Under the pieces are notes generated by a model, which saw only the letters and a list, made by a program, of their open reading frames with translations, did no database searches and was not told the origin of the DNA. The position numbers and the translations under genes were made by a program. From Myxococcota bacterium (lineage in GTDB: Bacteria; Myxococcota_A; UBA9160; UBA4427): a stretch of DNA of 64,000 bases. Location of the stretch: NCBI GenBank assembly GCA_965250285.1, contig OZ252299.1:5792001-5856000 (forward strand). The letters run 5' to 3'. Positions 56,206 to 64,000 of the stretch are shown here, in pieces (the stretch's first letter is position 1; the number at the start of each line of letters is the position of its first letter).

Positions 56206-57078
56206 GTGGCCGACTTCGTCGCCGATACCGCCGTCGTGCGGGACGAGCACGAACCGGGGCTCGTGCACGCGAGCCTGACCGAACGGTGGTCCGTCTGGGG
56301 CCCGAACGGGGGGCATCTGGCGGCGACGGCGCTGCGCGCGGGGCTCGCCTGCAGCCGCTTCGATCGACCGGCGAGCTTCCATTGTCACTTCCTCGCGGTC
56401 GGTGGCTTCGAGCCGGTCGAGATCCACGTGCGCGCCGTCGGCGGTGGGCGGCGGGCCGAGAGTCTTCAGCTCGAGGTGCATCAGCGCGAGCGTCTGCTGC
56501 TGACCGGCGTGCTCTGGACGATCGATGAAGAGCTCTCGGGCTTCGATCACGCGATCCACTCGGCGCCGATCGTGCCGCGGCCCACCGAGCTCGCACCCTT
56601 TCACCAACTCGCCGACAACTACGAAGAGTGGTTCCCGATCTGGCGCAGCATGGAGGGCTGCCCCGTGAAGTGGCGCACCGAGCCCGGTGAGCCGATCTCA
56701 CAGACCTGGCTGCGCTTCAACGACACGCCCATCGAGGGCCGCGAGGCCGACGCGGTTCGTCAGCTGTTCTGGATGGACTTCCCGGGCTGGAATGCGACGA
56801 TCTCGGCCCATGCCTGGCCGTTTCGGTTCATCGCGCCCAACCTCGATCTGACCGTGCAGTTTCACGGCTTTGCACCCGAGGCCGATTGGATGCTGGCGGA
56901 CGGCGTCGCGCCGGTTGCCCGCGACGGCATCGTCTGCACGCAGTCTCGCATCTGGACGGAAGACGGCCGATTGGTCGCGAGCGGCAGCTCGTCGCACATC
57001 TTCAGGCCGAATCCGAACTACGAGCAGGATCTCGAGATGGCGCGGGCGCAGGGTCTGATGCCCGAGGACGCGGGGTGA
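56206..57078 (+). CDS. Thioesterase family protein (TesB-like hot-dog fold)
   Basis: WGPNGGHLAA, SFHCHFL, APNLDLTVQFH; GGAGG RBS. Confidence 0.85.
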   Translation: MADFVADTAVVRDEHEPGLVHASLTERWSVWGPNGGHLAATALRAGLACSRFDRPASFHCHFLAVGGFEPVEIHVRAVGGGRRAESLQLEVHQRERLLLTGVLWTIDEELSGFDHAIHSAPIVPRPTELAPFHQLADNYEEWFPIWRSMEGCPVKWRTEPGEPISQTWLRFNDTPIEGREADAVRQLFWMDFPGWNATISAHAWPFRFIAPNLDLTVQFHGFAPEADWMLADGVAPVARDGIVCTQSRIWTEDGRLVASGSSSHIFRPNPNYEQDLEMARAQGLMPEDAG

Positions 57079-57152
57079 TCGTGCGCAATCGGGCCGCCCT
57101 CACGCTCGTCGCCTTCACGCTGATTCACGGCCCCGTGCCCGAGGACGCATGA
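57075..57152 (+). CDS. Candidate 25-aa bridging mini-ORF (MIVRNRAALTLVAFTLIHGPVPEDA)
   Basis: GTG overlaps the upstream TGA; its TGA overlaps the downstream ATG; bracketed by a 13-bp direct repeat TGCCCGAGGACGC spaced 77 bp. Confidence 0.35.
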   Translation: MIVRNRAALTLVAFTLIHGPVPEDA

Positions 57153-57979
57153 CGATCGGAAGCTCACCGCTCGAAGCCGAACCCGTGGATCCCGATCCGC
57201 CGCCCGTGGATGGACCGTCCGCATCGGCTGCTCGAGCGTCCGCGCGGGCTTCTGGCGCGTGGCGCCGGCGCGCTATTCAGATCGGGAGCGTCGCGCTCAT
57301 CGTCGGGCTCGCGTGGGCGCTCGGCGAGTCGGGCCTCTTCGAATGGGCCATCGATCGCGTTGCGTCGCTGGGCCCCTACGCGCTGCCGGCCTTCATCGTG
57401 CTGCACGCCGTCTCGGGCGTATTCTTCGTCCCCACGGCGATCCCCAACGTCGCGGGCGGACTGCTCTTCGGCGTCACACAAGGCACCCTCGCCGGCCTGC
57501 TGGGCCTCGGCGCGGGAGCGACGATCTCGTTCGCGATCGGCCAAGCGCTCGGCCGCGAGTGGCTGCATCGGCGCTTCGATGGGGATGCGCGCTTCCACGG
57601 TTTGATTCGGCTCGTCGGCGAGCGCGGCTGGAAGATCATCGTGCTGGCGCGGCTCTCGCCGATCTTTCCGTTCTCGGTCGCAAACTATGCGTTCGGGCTC
57701 ACGACCATGAGCGCCTGGACGTACGGCGCGGCATCGCTCGTCGGGTCGATCCCGTCGACCCTCGTGTTCGTGTCGATCGGCGCGGCGGCCGGCGGCATCG
57801 GCAGCGAAGCGCAGCGCGCAGAGCGCACGGCCGGCGAGTGGGCGCTCCTCGGCATCGGGCTGATCGCGATGATCGCGCTCTTCGTCGTGGTCCGCCGGCT
57901 CGCGCTCGATGCGTTCGCCGAGCTGCGCGAGATGGAGCACGCCACCGAAGACGAGGCCGACGACCGAAGCGAGCGCTGA
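57149..57979 (+). CDS. TVP38/TMEM64 (DedA/SNARE-associated) membrane protein
   Basis: GGLLFG, LARLSPIFPFSVANYAFGLT. Confidence 0.9.
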   Translation: MTIGSSPLEAEPVDPDPPPVDGPSASAARASARASGAWRRRAIQIGSVALIVGLAWALGESGLFEWAIDRVASLGPYALPAFIVLHAVSGVFFVPTAIPNVAGGLLFGVTQGTLAGLLGLGAGATISFAIGQALGREWLHRRFDGDARFHGLIRLVGERGWKIIVLARLSPIFPFSVANYAFGLTTMSAWTYGAASLVGSIPSTLVFVSIGAAAGGIGSEAQRAERTAGEWALLGIGLIAMIALFVVVRRLALDAFAELREMEHATEDEADDRSER

Positions 57980-58000
57980 GCCTCCGTCCGCCGCAGCGTC

Positions 58001-58161
58001 GACCGCGCGCGGCCTCGGAGCTTCGCCATCACCGCATCGGTGACCGCGCGCGATCTCAGAACTTCGCCATCACCGCATCGGTGACCGCGCGCGATCTCAG
58101 AACTTCGCCATCACCGCATCGGTGACCGCGCGCGACCTCAGAACTTCGCCATCACCGCATC
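58001..58161. repeat. 41-bp tandem repeat (about 4 copies) containing the LLM gene 3' end and stop
   Basis: CTTCGCCATCACCGCATCGGTGACCGCGCGCGATCTCAGAA at 58021, 58062, 58103, partial at 58144; degenerate copy at 58001-58020. Confidence 0.92.
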
Positions 58162-58995
58162 CGCGAACCAGCGCAGCGCGCCGCGCTTCTGGTCGAGTGG
58201 CATCGTGTAGTTGTCGGCGAACCCGAAGCAGATCGACGTGAGCCCGCGGGCCTCGAGCGCCTTCAGGCGTTCGGTGTCGGTGATCTGCATGACGGGGCAG
58301 ACGACCTCGAACGGCTCGTTCTCGCGACCGGCCTCGCGGCGCAGCGCGTCGATCGTGTCGAGGATCGCCGGCACCTCGTCGATCGTGTTGCCGGCGCCGA
58401 TCCAGCCCTGGCCGATGCGCGCCGCCCGTCGCAGCGCGACGCGACTCGCGCCGCCGAAGTAGATCGGCACCGGCGCATCCGGCGCCGGCGCGATCGCGAG
58501 CTCGGGCAGGTCGAAGAACTCACCGCGATGCTCGACGTAGCCTCCGGCCCAGAGCTTGCGGATCACCTCGACGCACTCGTCCATGCGGCGCCCGCGCGTC
58601 TTGAAGTCGACGTCGTACGCGTCGAACTCCTCCTTCATCCACCCCGCACCGGCGCCGAGCACGAGCCGCCCGCCGCTGATGCGCGCGAGCGTGCCCGTGG
58701 CCTTCGCGACCTCGACGGGGTGACGAAGCGGCAGCACGTAGACCGCGGTCGACAGCTTGAGCGTCGAGGTCTCCATCGCCATCGCCGTGAGCGTCGTCCA
58801 GACGTCGGGGTAGGGCATGTCGCCGGTGATCGGGGGGCGACCATCGTCGGTGTACAGGTAGTCGGCCGCCATGCGTCTCGGCACGAAGCCGTGATCGGCG
58901 CCCATCATGCCTTCGAAGCCGAGCGCCTCGGCCTCGCGCGCGAGCTCGATCATCTCTTCGGGGCCGAGCCACGGCGCGATCAGCCAGAACTTCAT
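58138..58995 (-). CDS. LLM-class (probably F420-dependent) oxidoreductase, TIGR03619-like
   Basis: ADH, YVLPLRHPVEVAK, SGGRLVLGAGAGWMKEEF, PIYFGG. Confidence 0.9.
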   Translation of the reverse strand: MKFWLIAPWLGPEEMIELAREAEALGFEGMMGADHGFVPRRMAADYLYTDDGRPPITGDMPYPDVWTTLTAMAMETSTLKLSTAVYVLPLRHPVEVAKATGTLARISGGRLVLGAGAGWMKEEFDAYDVDFKTRGRRMDECVEVIRKLWAGGYVEHRGEFFDLPELAIAPAPDAPVPIYFGGASRVALRRAARIGQGWIGAGNTIDEVPAILDTIDALRREAGRENEPFEVVCPVMQITDTERLKALEARGLTSICFGFADNYTMPLDQKRGALRWFADAVMAKF

Positions 58996-59008
58996 GCGAC
59001 CGGCTCCC

Positions 59009-60325
59009 CTACTTGATGATCTCGCCCAGCGAGACGTCGCGGCCCCCGCCGAGCAGCTTGATCTGGGTCTCGAGCCAGCCGATCAGCCAGAAGTTGCCCG
59101 TCGTGCGGAACGTCTTCGCGTCTTCGAGCAGCGACGTGTGCACCTCGATGGCCAGCGTGCGGGCGCCCTCGTGGTCGGGCTCGGCCGTGCGCACGATGTC
59201 GAGCAGGTGCAGCGCGGCCTCGCGCTCCCCGGCCGCCGCCTTCTTCGAGGCGCGTTCGACGACGGCGTCGGCACCGGCGAGCTCGACCAGATCGGCGTGG
59301 ACCTCGCGCTGGGGCACCGCGTAGAGCTCGGTCGTCGATCCGTGCTTGAACCAGCCGGCGTAGTTCTCCCAGATGGCGCGCACGCTCCACGCAACGGTGC
59401 CGTAGCCCTCACCGACTTCGCAGTCGGCCGGCAGGGTGATCTGCTGCTGCAGTGTCTCGAGCGCGGCGCCGTCGTTCATGCCCTTCACGACCGCATCGTG
59501 CACGTACAGCGTCGCGTCGCGGATCGCCGTGACCTCGCGCCGAATCAGATCGGCGCCGACGATCGGGGCGTGATGGCCGTAGAGGATCACCTCGGGCTCG
59601 AGGTCGAGCACCGTCTGGGCGGCCTCGGCGCACACGAGCGCGTCGCGATAGCGATCGCCGCGAATCGTCACCAGGTTCGGGAAGTGGCCGAAGGGGCAGC
59701 CGAAGAGGTTGCCGGTGAAGCAGATGCGGTGCTGCGGAAGCCAGACGATCAGCGAGTCGTTCGTCTCGGCGCCCATCTGCGCGATCAGCTCGATTTCGAC
59801 GCCGCCGATCGAGAACGCATGACGATCTTCGAAGAGCAGATCGGCCGTCGGGCGATCCTGCGGGTTGAGGTCGGTGTAGCCCGCTTCGGCGTAGGCCTTG
59901 AATACCTCGACGAAGGTGTCGGTGAACCGAAACGCGGAGCGCGCCTGTCGAAAGCGTGCGAGGCGCGTGTCGTAGGTCTGGTGCTCTTCGTTGTTGGCCT
60001 GGGCGATGTACTGCAGCCCGGGGTTCCGCTGGCGGAAGTAGGCGACGCCGCCGACGTGATCGACGTGGCCCTGGGTCGTCACGAGGTGCCGTACCCGACC
60101 GTCGATGTCGCCGACGAGGTCGCTGAAGTTGCGATGATGCACGGGCGCCTCGAAGCCCATGCCCGAGTTGATGAGCACATGACCCTCGGGCGTCTCGATC
60201 ATGTACGTGTTCGAGTTGCCCTCCGACATCGTGATGAAGTCGTTGAACCGACTGCACCAGCCGAAGCGCGCCGCCTCGGGGCCGGTCGGTCGGGATTTGT
60301 AGAGGGGTTCGCCTCGCTCGCTCAT
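59009..60325 (-). CDS. Metallo-beta-lactamase fold protein, alkyl-sulfatase (SdsA1/BDS1)-like
   Basis: TQGHVDHVGG, GAETND, FPNLVTIRGDRYR, GEGYGTVAWSVRAIWENYAGWF dimerisation-type region; AAGGAG RBS. Confidence 0.85.
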   Translation of the reverse strand: MSERGEPLYKSRPTGPEAARFGWCSRFNDFITMSEGNSNTYMIETPEGHVLINSGMGFEAPVHHRNFSDLVGDIDGRVRHLVTTQGHVDHVGGVAYFRQRNPGLQYIAQANNEEHQTYDTRLARFRQARSAFRFTDTFVEVFKAYAEAGYTDLNPQDRPTADLLFEDRHAFSIGGVEIELIAQMGAETNDSLIVWLPQHRICFTGNLFGCPFGHFPNLVTIRGDRYRDALVCAEAAQTVLDLEPEVILYGHHAPIVGADLIRREVTAIRDATLYVHDAVVKGMNDGAALETLQQQITLPADCEVGEGYGTVAWSVRAIWENYAGWFKHGSTTELYAVPQREVHADLVELAGADAVVERASKKAAAGEREAALHLLDIVRTAEPDHEGARTLAIEVHTSLLEDAKTFRTTGNFWLIGWLETQIKLLGGGRDVSLGEIIK

Positions 60326-60572
60326 GGCCGCTCCTTCGGGGTCGCTACACGGGATGCACGCGACCCGGCGAAGCGTAGGCCCTCGGTCGCGGGAGAGCGA
60401 CGCGCGTGGGACCGCTTCCCTGATGAGGAAGGCGAATCGCGCGGTTCGGGCGCACGGGCGGGCCCTCGTCCAGCCGTGACCAAGCCCGCGCGGGGCGCTC
60501 GAACGATCGCAGCGATCGTCGTAGTCTTTCACATGGGCTGCCTGCACAGCCGCGACTCGCCGAGGAGAAGCC

Positions 60573-62693
60573 ATGTCGCATCGCCATCTGCTCTCGACCG
60601 GCCGCATCGGATCGCTCGAACTTCGAAATCGCATGGTCGTGACGGCCATGGGTGCCAACTTCAGCGACGACGACGGCATGAGCGGGGATCGCGTCGTGGC
60701 CTACCACGAAGAGCAGGCCCGCGGCGGCGCCGGGCTCATCATCACGGGCGCGTGCGGTGTGATGTATCCCGTCGGTCAGGTGCAGCCCTGGCAGATCGCG
60801 ATCTCCGAGGACGCACACATCCCGGGGATCAAGCGGCTGGCCGACGCCGTCCATCGACACGGTTCGCGACTCGCGATCCAGCTGCATCAGGGCGGTCTCA
60901 ACGCGGTCGACGACACCGCCCAGGGTCGGCCGCAGTGGTGCCCGAGCGAGCCGCGCATGAAGATGGGCGACTTCATCGACGGGTTCCTGCTGCCCGAGTT
61001 CGAAGTGCTGATCAGTACGGGTATGCCGACCTACAAGGTGCTGACGAAAGAGGACATCGACACCTTGATCATGGCCTTCGTCGCCGGCGCCGGTCGTGCG
61101 AAGGAGGCGGGGGCCGACGCCGTCGAGATTCACGGTGCGCACGGCTACGTGCCGTCGTCGTTCCTCTCACCCCACACGAATCGCCGAACCGACGAGTACG
61201 GCGGCCCGCTCGAGAACCGGGCGCGGCTGTTGCTCGAGATTCTGCGCGGGGTGCGGGCCGAGGTCGGCGCCGACTTCCCGATCATCGTGAAGATCGACGC
61301 GCGCGAGGTCGGTAAGGAAGGCGGCATCAACCTCGAAGACGCAAAGCAGACGGCGAAGTGGCTCGAGGAGGCTGGCGCCGACGCGATCACGGTGAGCGCC
61401 TATCACGACTTCGGGCAGGGCAAGCTGCACAGCGAATCGAACATTCCCCACGTGCCGAACACGAACCTGCCGGCCGCGGCCGCGATCAAGCGCAGCGTGT
61501 CGATCCCGATCATCGGGTCGGGTCGGGTCGAGACCGAACACGCCGACGCCGAGATCGCGGGCGGCCGCCTCGACTTTCTCGCGATGGGCCGCAAGCTGCT
61601 GGCCGACCCGCACCTGCCGCGCAAGCTCGCCGAGGGGCGCGAGGCTGAGGTTCGGCCGTGCATCTATTGCTACACGTGCGTCAGCGCGATCTATACCCGC
61701 GAGCGCATGCGTTGCGCTGTGAACCAGGAGTGCGGCCTCGAGTTCACGCGCGCCGATGCGCCGGTGCCGGGCGCGTCGCGGCGCATCGCCGTCGTGGGCG
61801 GTGGGCCCGGTGGGATGGAGGCCGCGCGGCGGCTCGCGGATGCGGGCCACGCCGTCACGCTCTTCGAGAAGGCCGATCGTCTGGGCGGAACGCTGCGCTT
61901 CGCCGCGCTCGTCTATCCCCCGAACGAGCGCCTGCTCGACTGGCTGCGGGCCGAGGTCGAGGCGTCGTCGGTCGAGGTGCGGCTCGGCACCGAAGCTACG
62001 CCGGATCTGCTCGCCCAGCTCGCGCCCGACGCGGTCGTGGTTGCAACCGGCGCACGCCGGTCGCTGCCCGACCTGCCCGGCGCCGATCAGCCGCACGTGC
62101 TGAGCGGCGACGACATGCGCGACATGATGCTCGGCGCCGGTTCGGAGGCGCTCAAGAAGAAGACGTCGTTGATGACGCGGATCGCCACCAAGGCGGGCGC
62201 TGCGACGGGCCTGACGGCCAATCTCGATTTCGTGCGCAAGGCGACGAAGGCCTGGATGCCGCTCGGCCAGAACGTCGCGATCGTCGGTGGCGAGCTCGTG
62301 GGCCTCGAGCTCGCCGAGTTCCTGTGTGAGCGCGGCCGCACGGTGCACGTCGTCGACGAGGTGCCGCGCCTCGGCTCGGGTATGACGCTCGTGCGCCGGC
62401 TTCGCCTGCTCGCCGAGCTGCGCGAGCATGGCGTCGGCCTGAACCGGGGATCGAAGGACATCCGGGTCGAGCCGACGGGCGTCGCGTTCACCGACGAAGG
62501 CGGCGAGCAGCGCGTGGTCGCAGCCGACCACGTGATCGTCGCGAAGGGCACGACCGGCGACTCGACGCAGGCCGAAGCGTTCCGCGCCGCCGGCCTCGCG
62601 GTGCACGAAATCGGCGACGGCGCGGGCGTGGGCTACATCGAGGGCGCCATGCGCGACGCGATCGACGTGGTCGATCGCATCAACGCCGACTGA
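60573..62693 (+). CDS. NADH:flavin oxidoreductase (OYE family, 2,4-dienoyl-CoA reductase/BaiCD-like, Fe-S)
   Basis: EIHGAHGY, NRRTDEYGG..ENRAR, RPCIYCYTC...C, VVGGGPGGMEAA. Confidence 0.92.
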   Translation: MSHRHLLSTGRIGSLELRNRMVVTAMGANFSDDDGMSGDRVVAYHEEQARGGAGLIITGACGVMYPVGQVQPWQIAISEDAHIPGIKRLADAVHRHGSRLAIQLHQGGLNAVDDTAQGRPQWCPSEPRMKMGDFIDGFLLPEFEVLISTGMPTYKVLTKEDIDTLIMAFVAGAGRAKEAGADAVEIHGAHGYVPSSFLSPHTNRRTDEYGGPLENRARLLLEILRGVRAEVGADFPIIVKIDAREVGKEGGINLEDAKQTAKWLEEAGADAITVSAYHDFGQGKLHSESNIPHVPNTNLPAAAAIKRSVSIPIIGSGRVETEHADAEIAGGRLDFLAMGRKLLADPHLPRKLAEGREAEVRPCIYCYTCVSAIYTRERMRCAVNQECGLEFTRADAPVPGASRRIAVVGGGPGGMEAARRLADAGHAVTLFEKADRLGGTLRFAALVYPPNERLLDWLRAEVEASSVEVRLGTEATPDLLAQLAPDAVVVATGARRSLPDLPGADQPHVLSGDDMRDMMLGAGSEALKKKTSLMTRIATKAGAATGLTANLDFVRKATKAWMPLGQNVAIVGGELVGLELAEFLCERGRTVHVVDEVPRLGSGMTLVRRLRLLAELREHGVGLNRGSKDIRVEPTGVAFTDEGGEQRVVAADHVIVAKGTTGDSTQAEAFRAAGLAVHEIGDGAGVGYIEGAMRDAIDVVDRINAD

Positions 62694-63738
62694 GCTCGGG
62701 AAGGGCCGGCGAGAGCCCTTCGATGGCGCGGACGCGCCGCAGCTCATCGCCGTCGAAGTGCGTCTCTAGGAGCGCTTCGACCTCGGTCTCGATCTCGGCG
62801 TCGCTCAGGCCGGCCGCGTTCGCTTCGATCGCGGCCCGCTCGTCGCGAAACGCCTCGAGCCGCGCATTCCACGCGGCCTGCTGCGCGTCGAGCTCGGCGA
62901 GCCGCTCGGCCGCCTCGGGGCCGAACTGCTCAGCGCGCACGGCGAAGACCTCCGCCTCGCTCGCCCCGGCTTCGCGCAGCGCTTCGACCTGCTCCTGTGT
63001 CCGCGTCGGCGCCCGAGAACGTGCCCGCGCCGCGCGTACGTTCTCGGGCAGGTCGGCCTCGAGTGCGGCCAGGCGCGCGGCCCGTGTGGCTTCGTCGAGC
63101 GAGTCGTCCAGGTGGATGCGCCGGCGTTCGAGGTCGACGGCGAGCATCCGTTCCTGCGGACCGAACAGCGCGTCGGCGGTCTCGGCTCCGAAGTGCGCAC
63201 GCCGCAGCTCGCGAATCCACTGCAATCGGCGCTCGAGGTCGTGCGGCGGCTCACCGCCCGCGGCGAGGGCGCGCAGCTCTTCGCGAAGCGCGAGGTAGTC
63301 GTCGAGCAGCGCCACGGCTTCGGCGGCAGCGACGCCCTCGAGCCGCGCGTCGATTGCGTCGACGATGCGCGCCCGCAGCATCGCCGGCGGCTCCTCTCCG
63401 CTGGCCGCCAGGTAGTAGTCGAAGAGCGCGAGCGCATCTGGCGTCGGCTGGAGATGCCCGTCGGGACCGACCCGGAAGCCGCCGGGTACGTCGGTGCCCT
63501 GCAGCGAGCCCGGTAGCTCGGCGGGCACCGCAACGCGGCTCGATTCGAGGGCGGCCGAGCCGGCCTCATTCGCCTCGCGTCCTGGGTCCACGCGCGCCGC
63601 GCCGGGCAGCGACGGTGCGACTCGAGCGCGTGCCGTCATCGCCTCATCGGGCGACGAGCGCGCGAGCAGGTAGAAGAAGAGGGCGCCGGCAGCGACGATC
63701 GCCACCGGCGCCCAGGCCTTGTGAAGGCGCTTCTCCAT
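62680..63738 (-). CDS. Lipase secretion chaperone (lipase-specific foldase, Lif)
   Basis: N-terminal TM anchor, SLQGTDVPG, LFDYYLAASGE, ADALFG, FGPEAAERLAELD; directly downstream of the lipase. Confidence 0.88.
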   Translation of the reverse strand: MEKRLHKAWAPVAIVAAGALFFYLLARSSPDEAMTARARVAPSLPGAARVDPGREANEAGSAALESSRVAVPAELPGSLQGTDVPGGFRVGPDGHLQPTPDALALFDYYLAASGEEPPAMLRARIVDAIDARLEGVAAAEAVALLDDYLALREELRALAAGGEPPHDLERRLQWIRELRRAHFGAETADALFGPQERMLAVDLERRRIHLDDSLDEATRAARLAALEADLPENVRAARARSRAPTRTQEQVEALREAGASEAEVFAVRAEQFGPEAAERLAELDAQQAAWNARLEAFRDERAAIEANAAGLSDAEIETEVEALLETHFDGDELRRVRAIEGLSPALPELSRR

Positions 63739-63748
63739 GGGCTCTCGT

Positions 63749-64000
<252 letters not shown>

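Overview
64 kb of high-GC (roughly 70% by eye) Gram-negative bacterial chromosome. It carries a TonB-dependent receptor, several outer-membrane barrels and many lipoproteins. The gene mix (DUF3604, amidohydrolase_2, sulfotransferases, LLM/F420, HpnN) suggests a Myxococcota/deltaproteobacterial-type lineage; this is inference only. About 52 CDSs can be called, mostly accessory lipid, aromatic and sulfate-ester catabolism plus metal handling, with five TetR regulators. I see no rRNA, tRNA, CRISPR array, transposase or prophage gene. Best candidate for an undescribed system: a co-oriented all-lipoprotein redox cluster at 48995-54940 (-). It holds two parallel beta-helix paralogs, an SO2930-type diheme cytochrome and a CcP/MauG-family diheme enzyme that has Glu where the family has its Met or Tyr heme ligand, and it sits behind a TetR gene and a palindromic operator candidate. 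Other notable signals: (1) a thioredoxin-like-fused APS-reductase homolog that keeps its Fe-S cysteines but lacks the catalytic Cys; (2) a His-rich DUF2946-like ORF missed by the ORF track; (3) a ZIP-like/DUF318 permease fusion; (4) two unrelated 25-codon mini-ORFs that each overlap both flanking genes by NTGA/ATGA; (5) three tandem arrays built from the last codons and stop of the adjacent gene; (6) two intergenic inverted-repeat elements. All family calls come from motif recognition by eye, not database searches.
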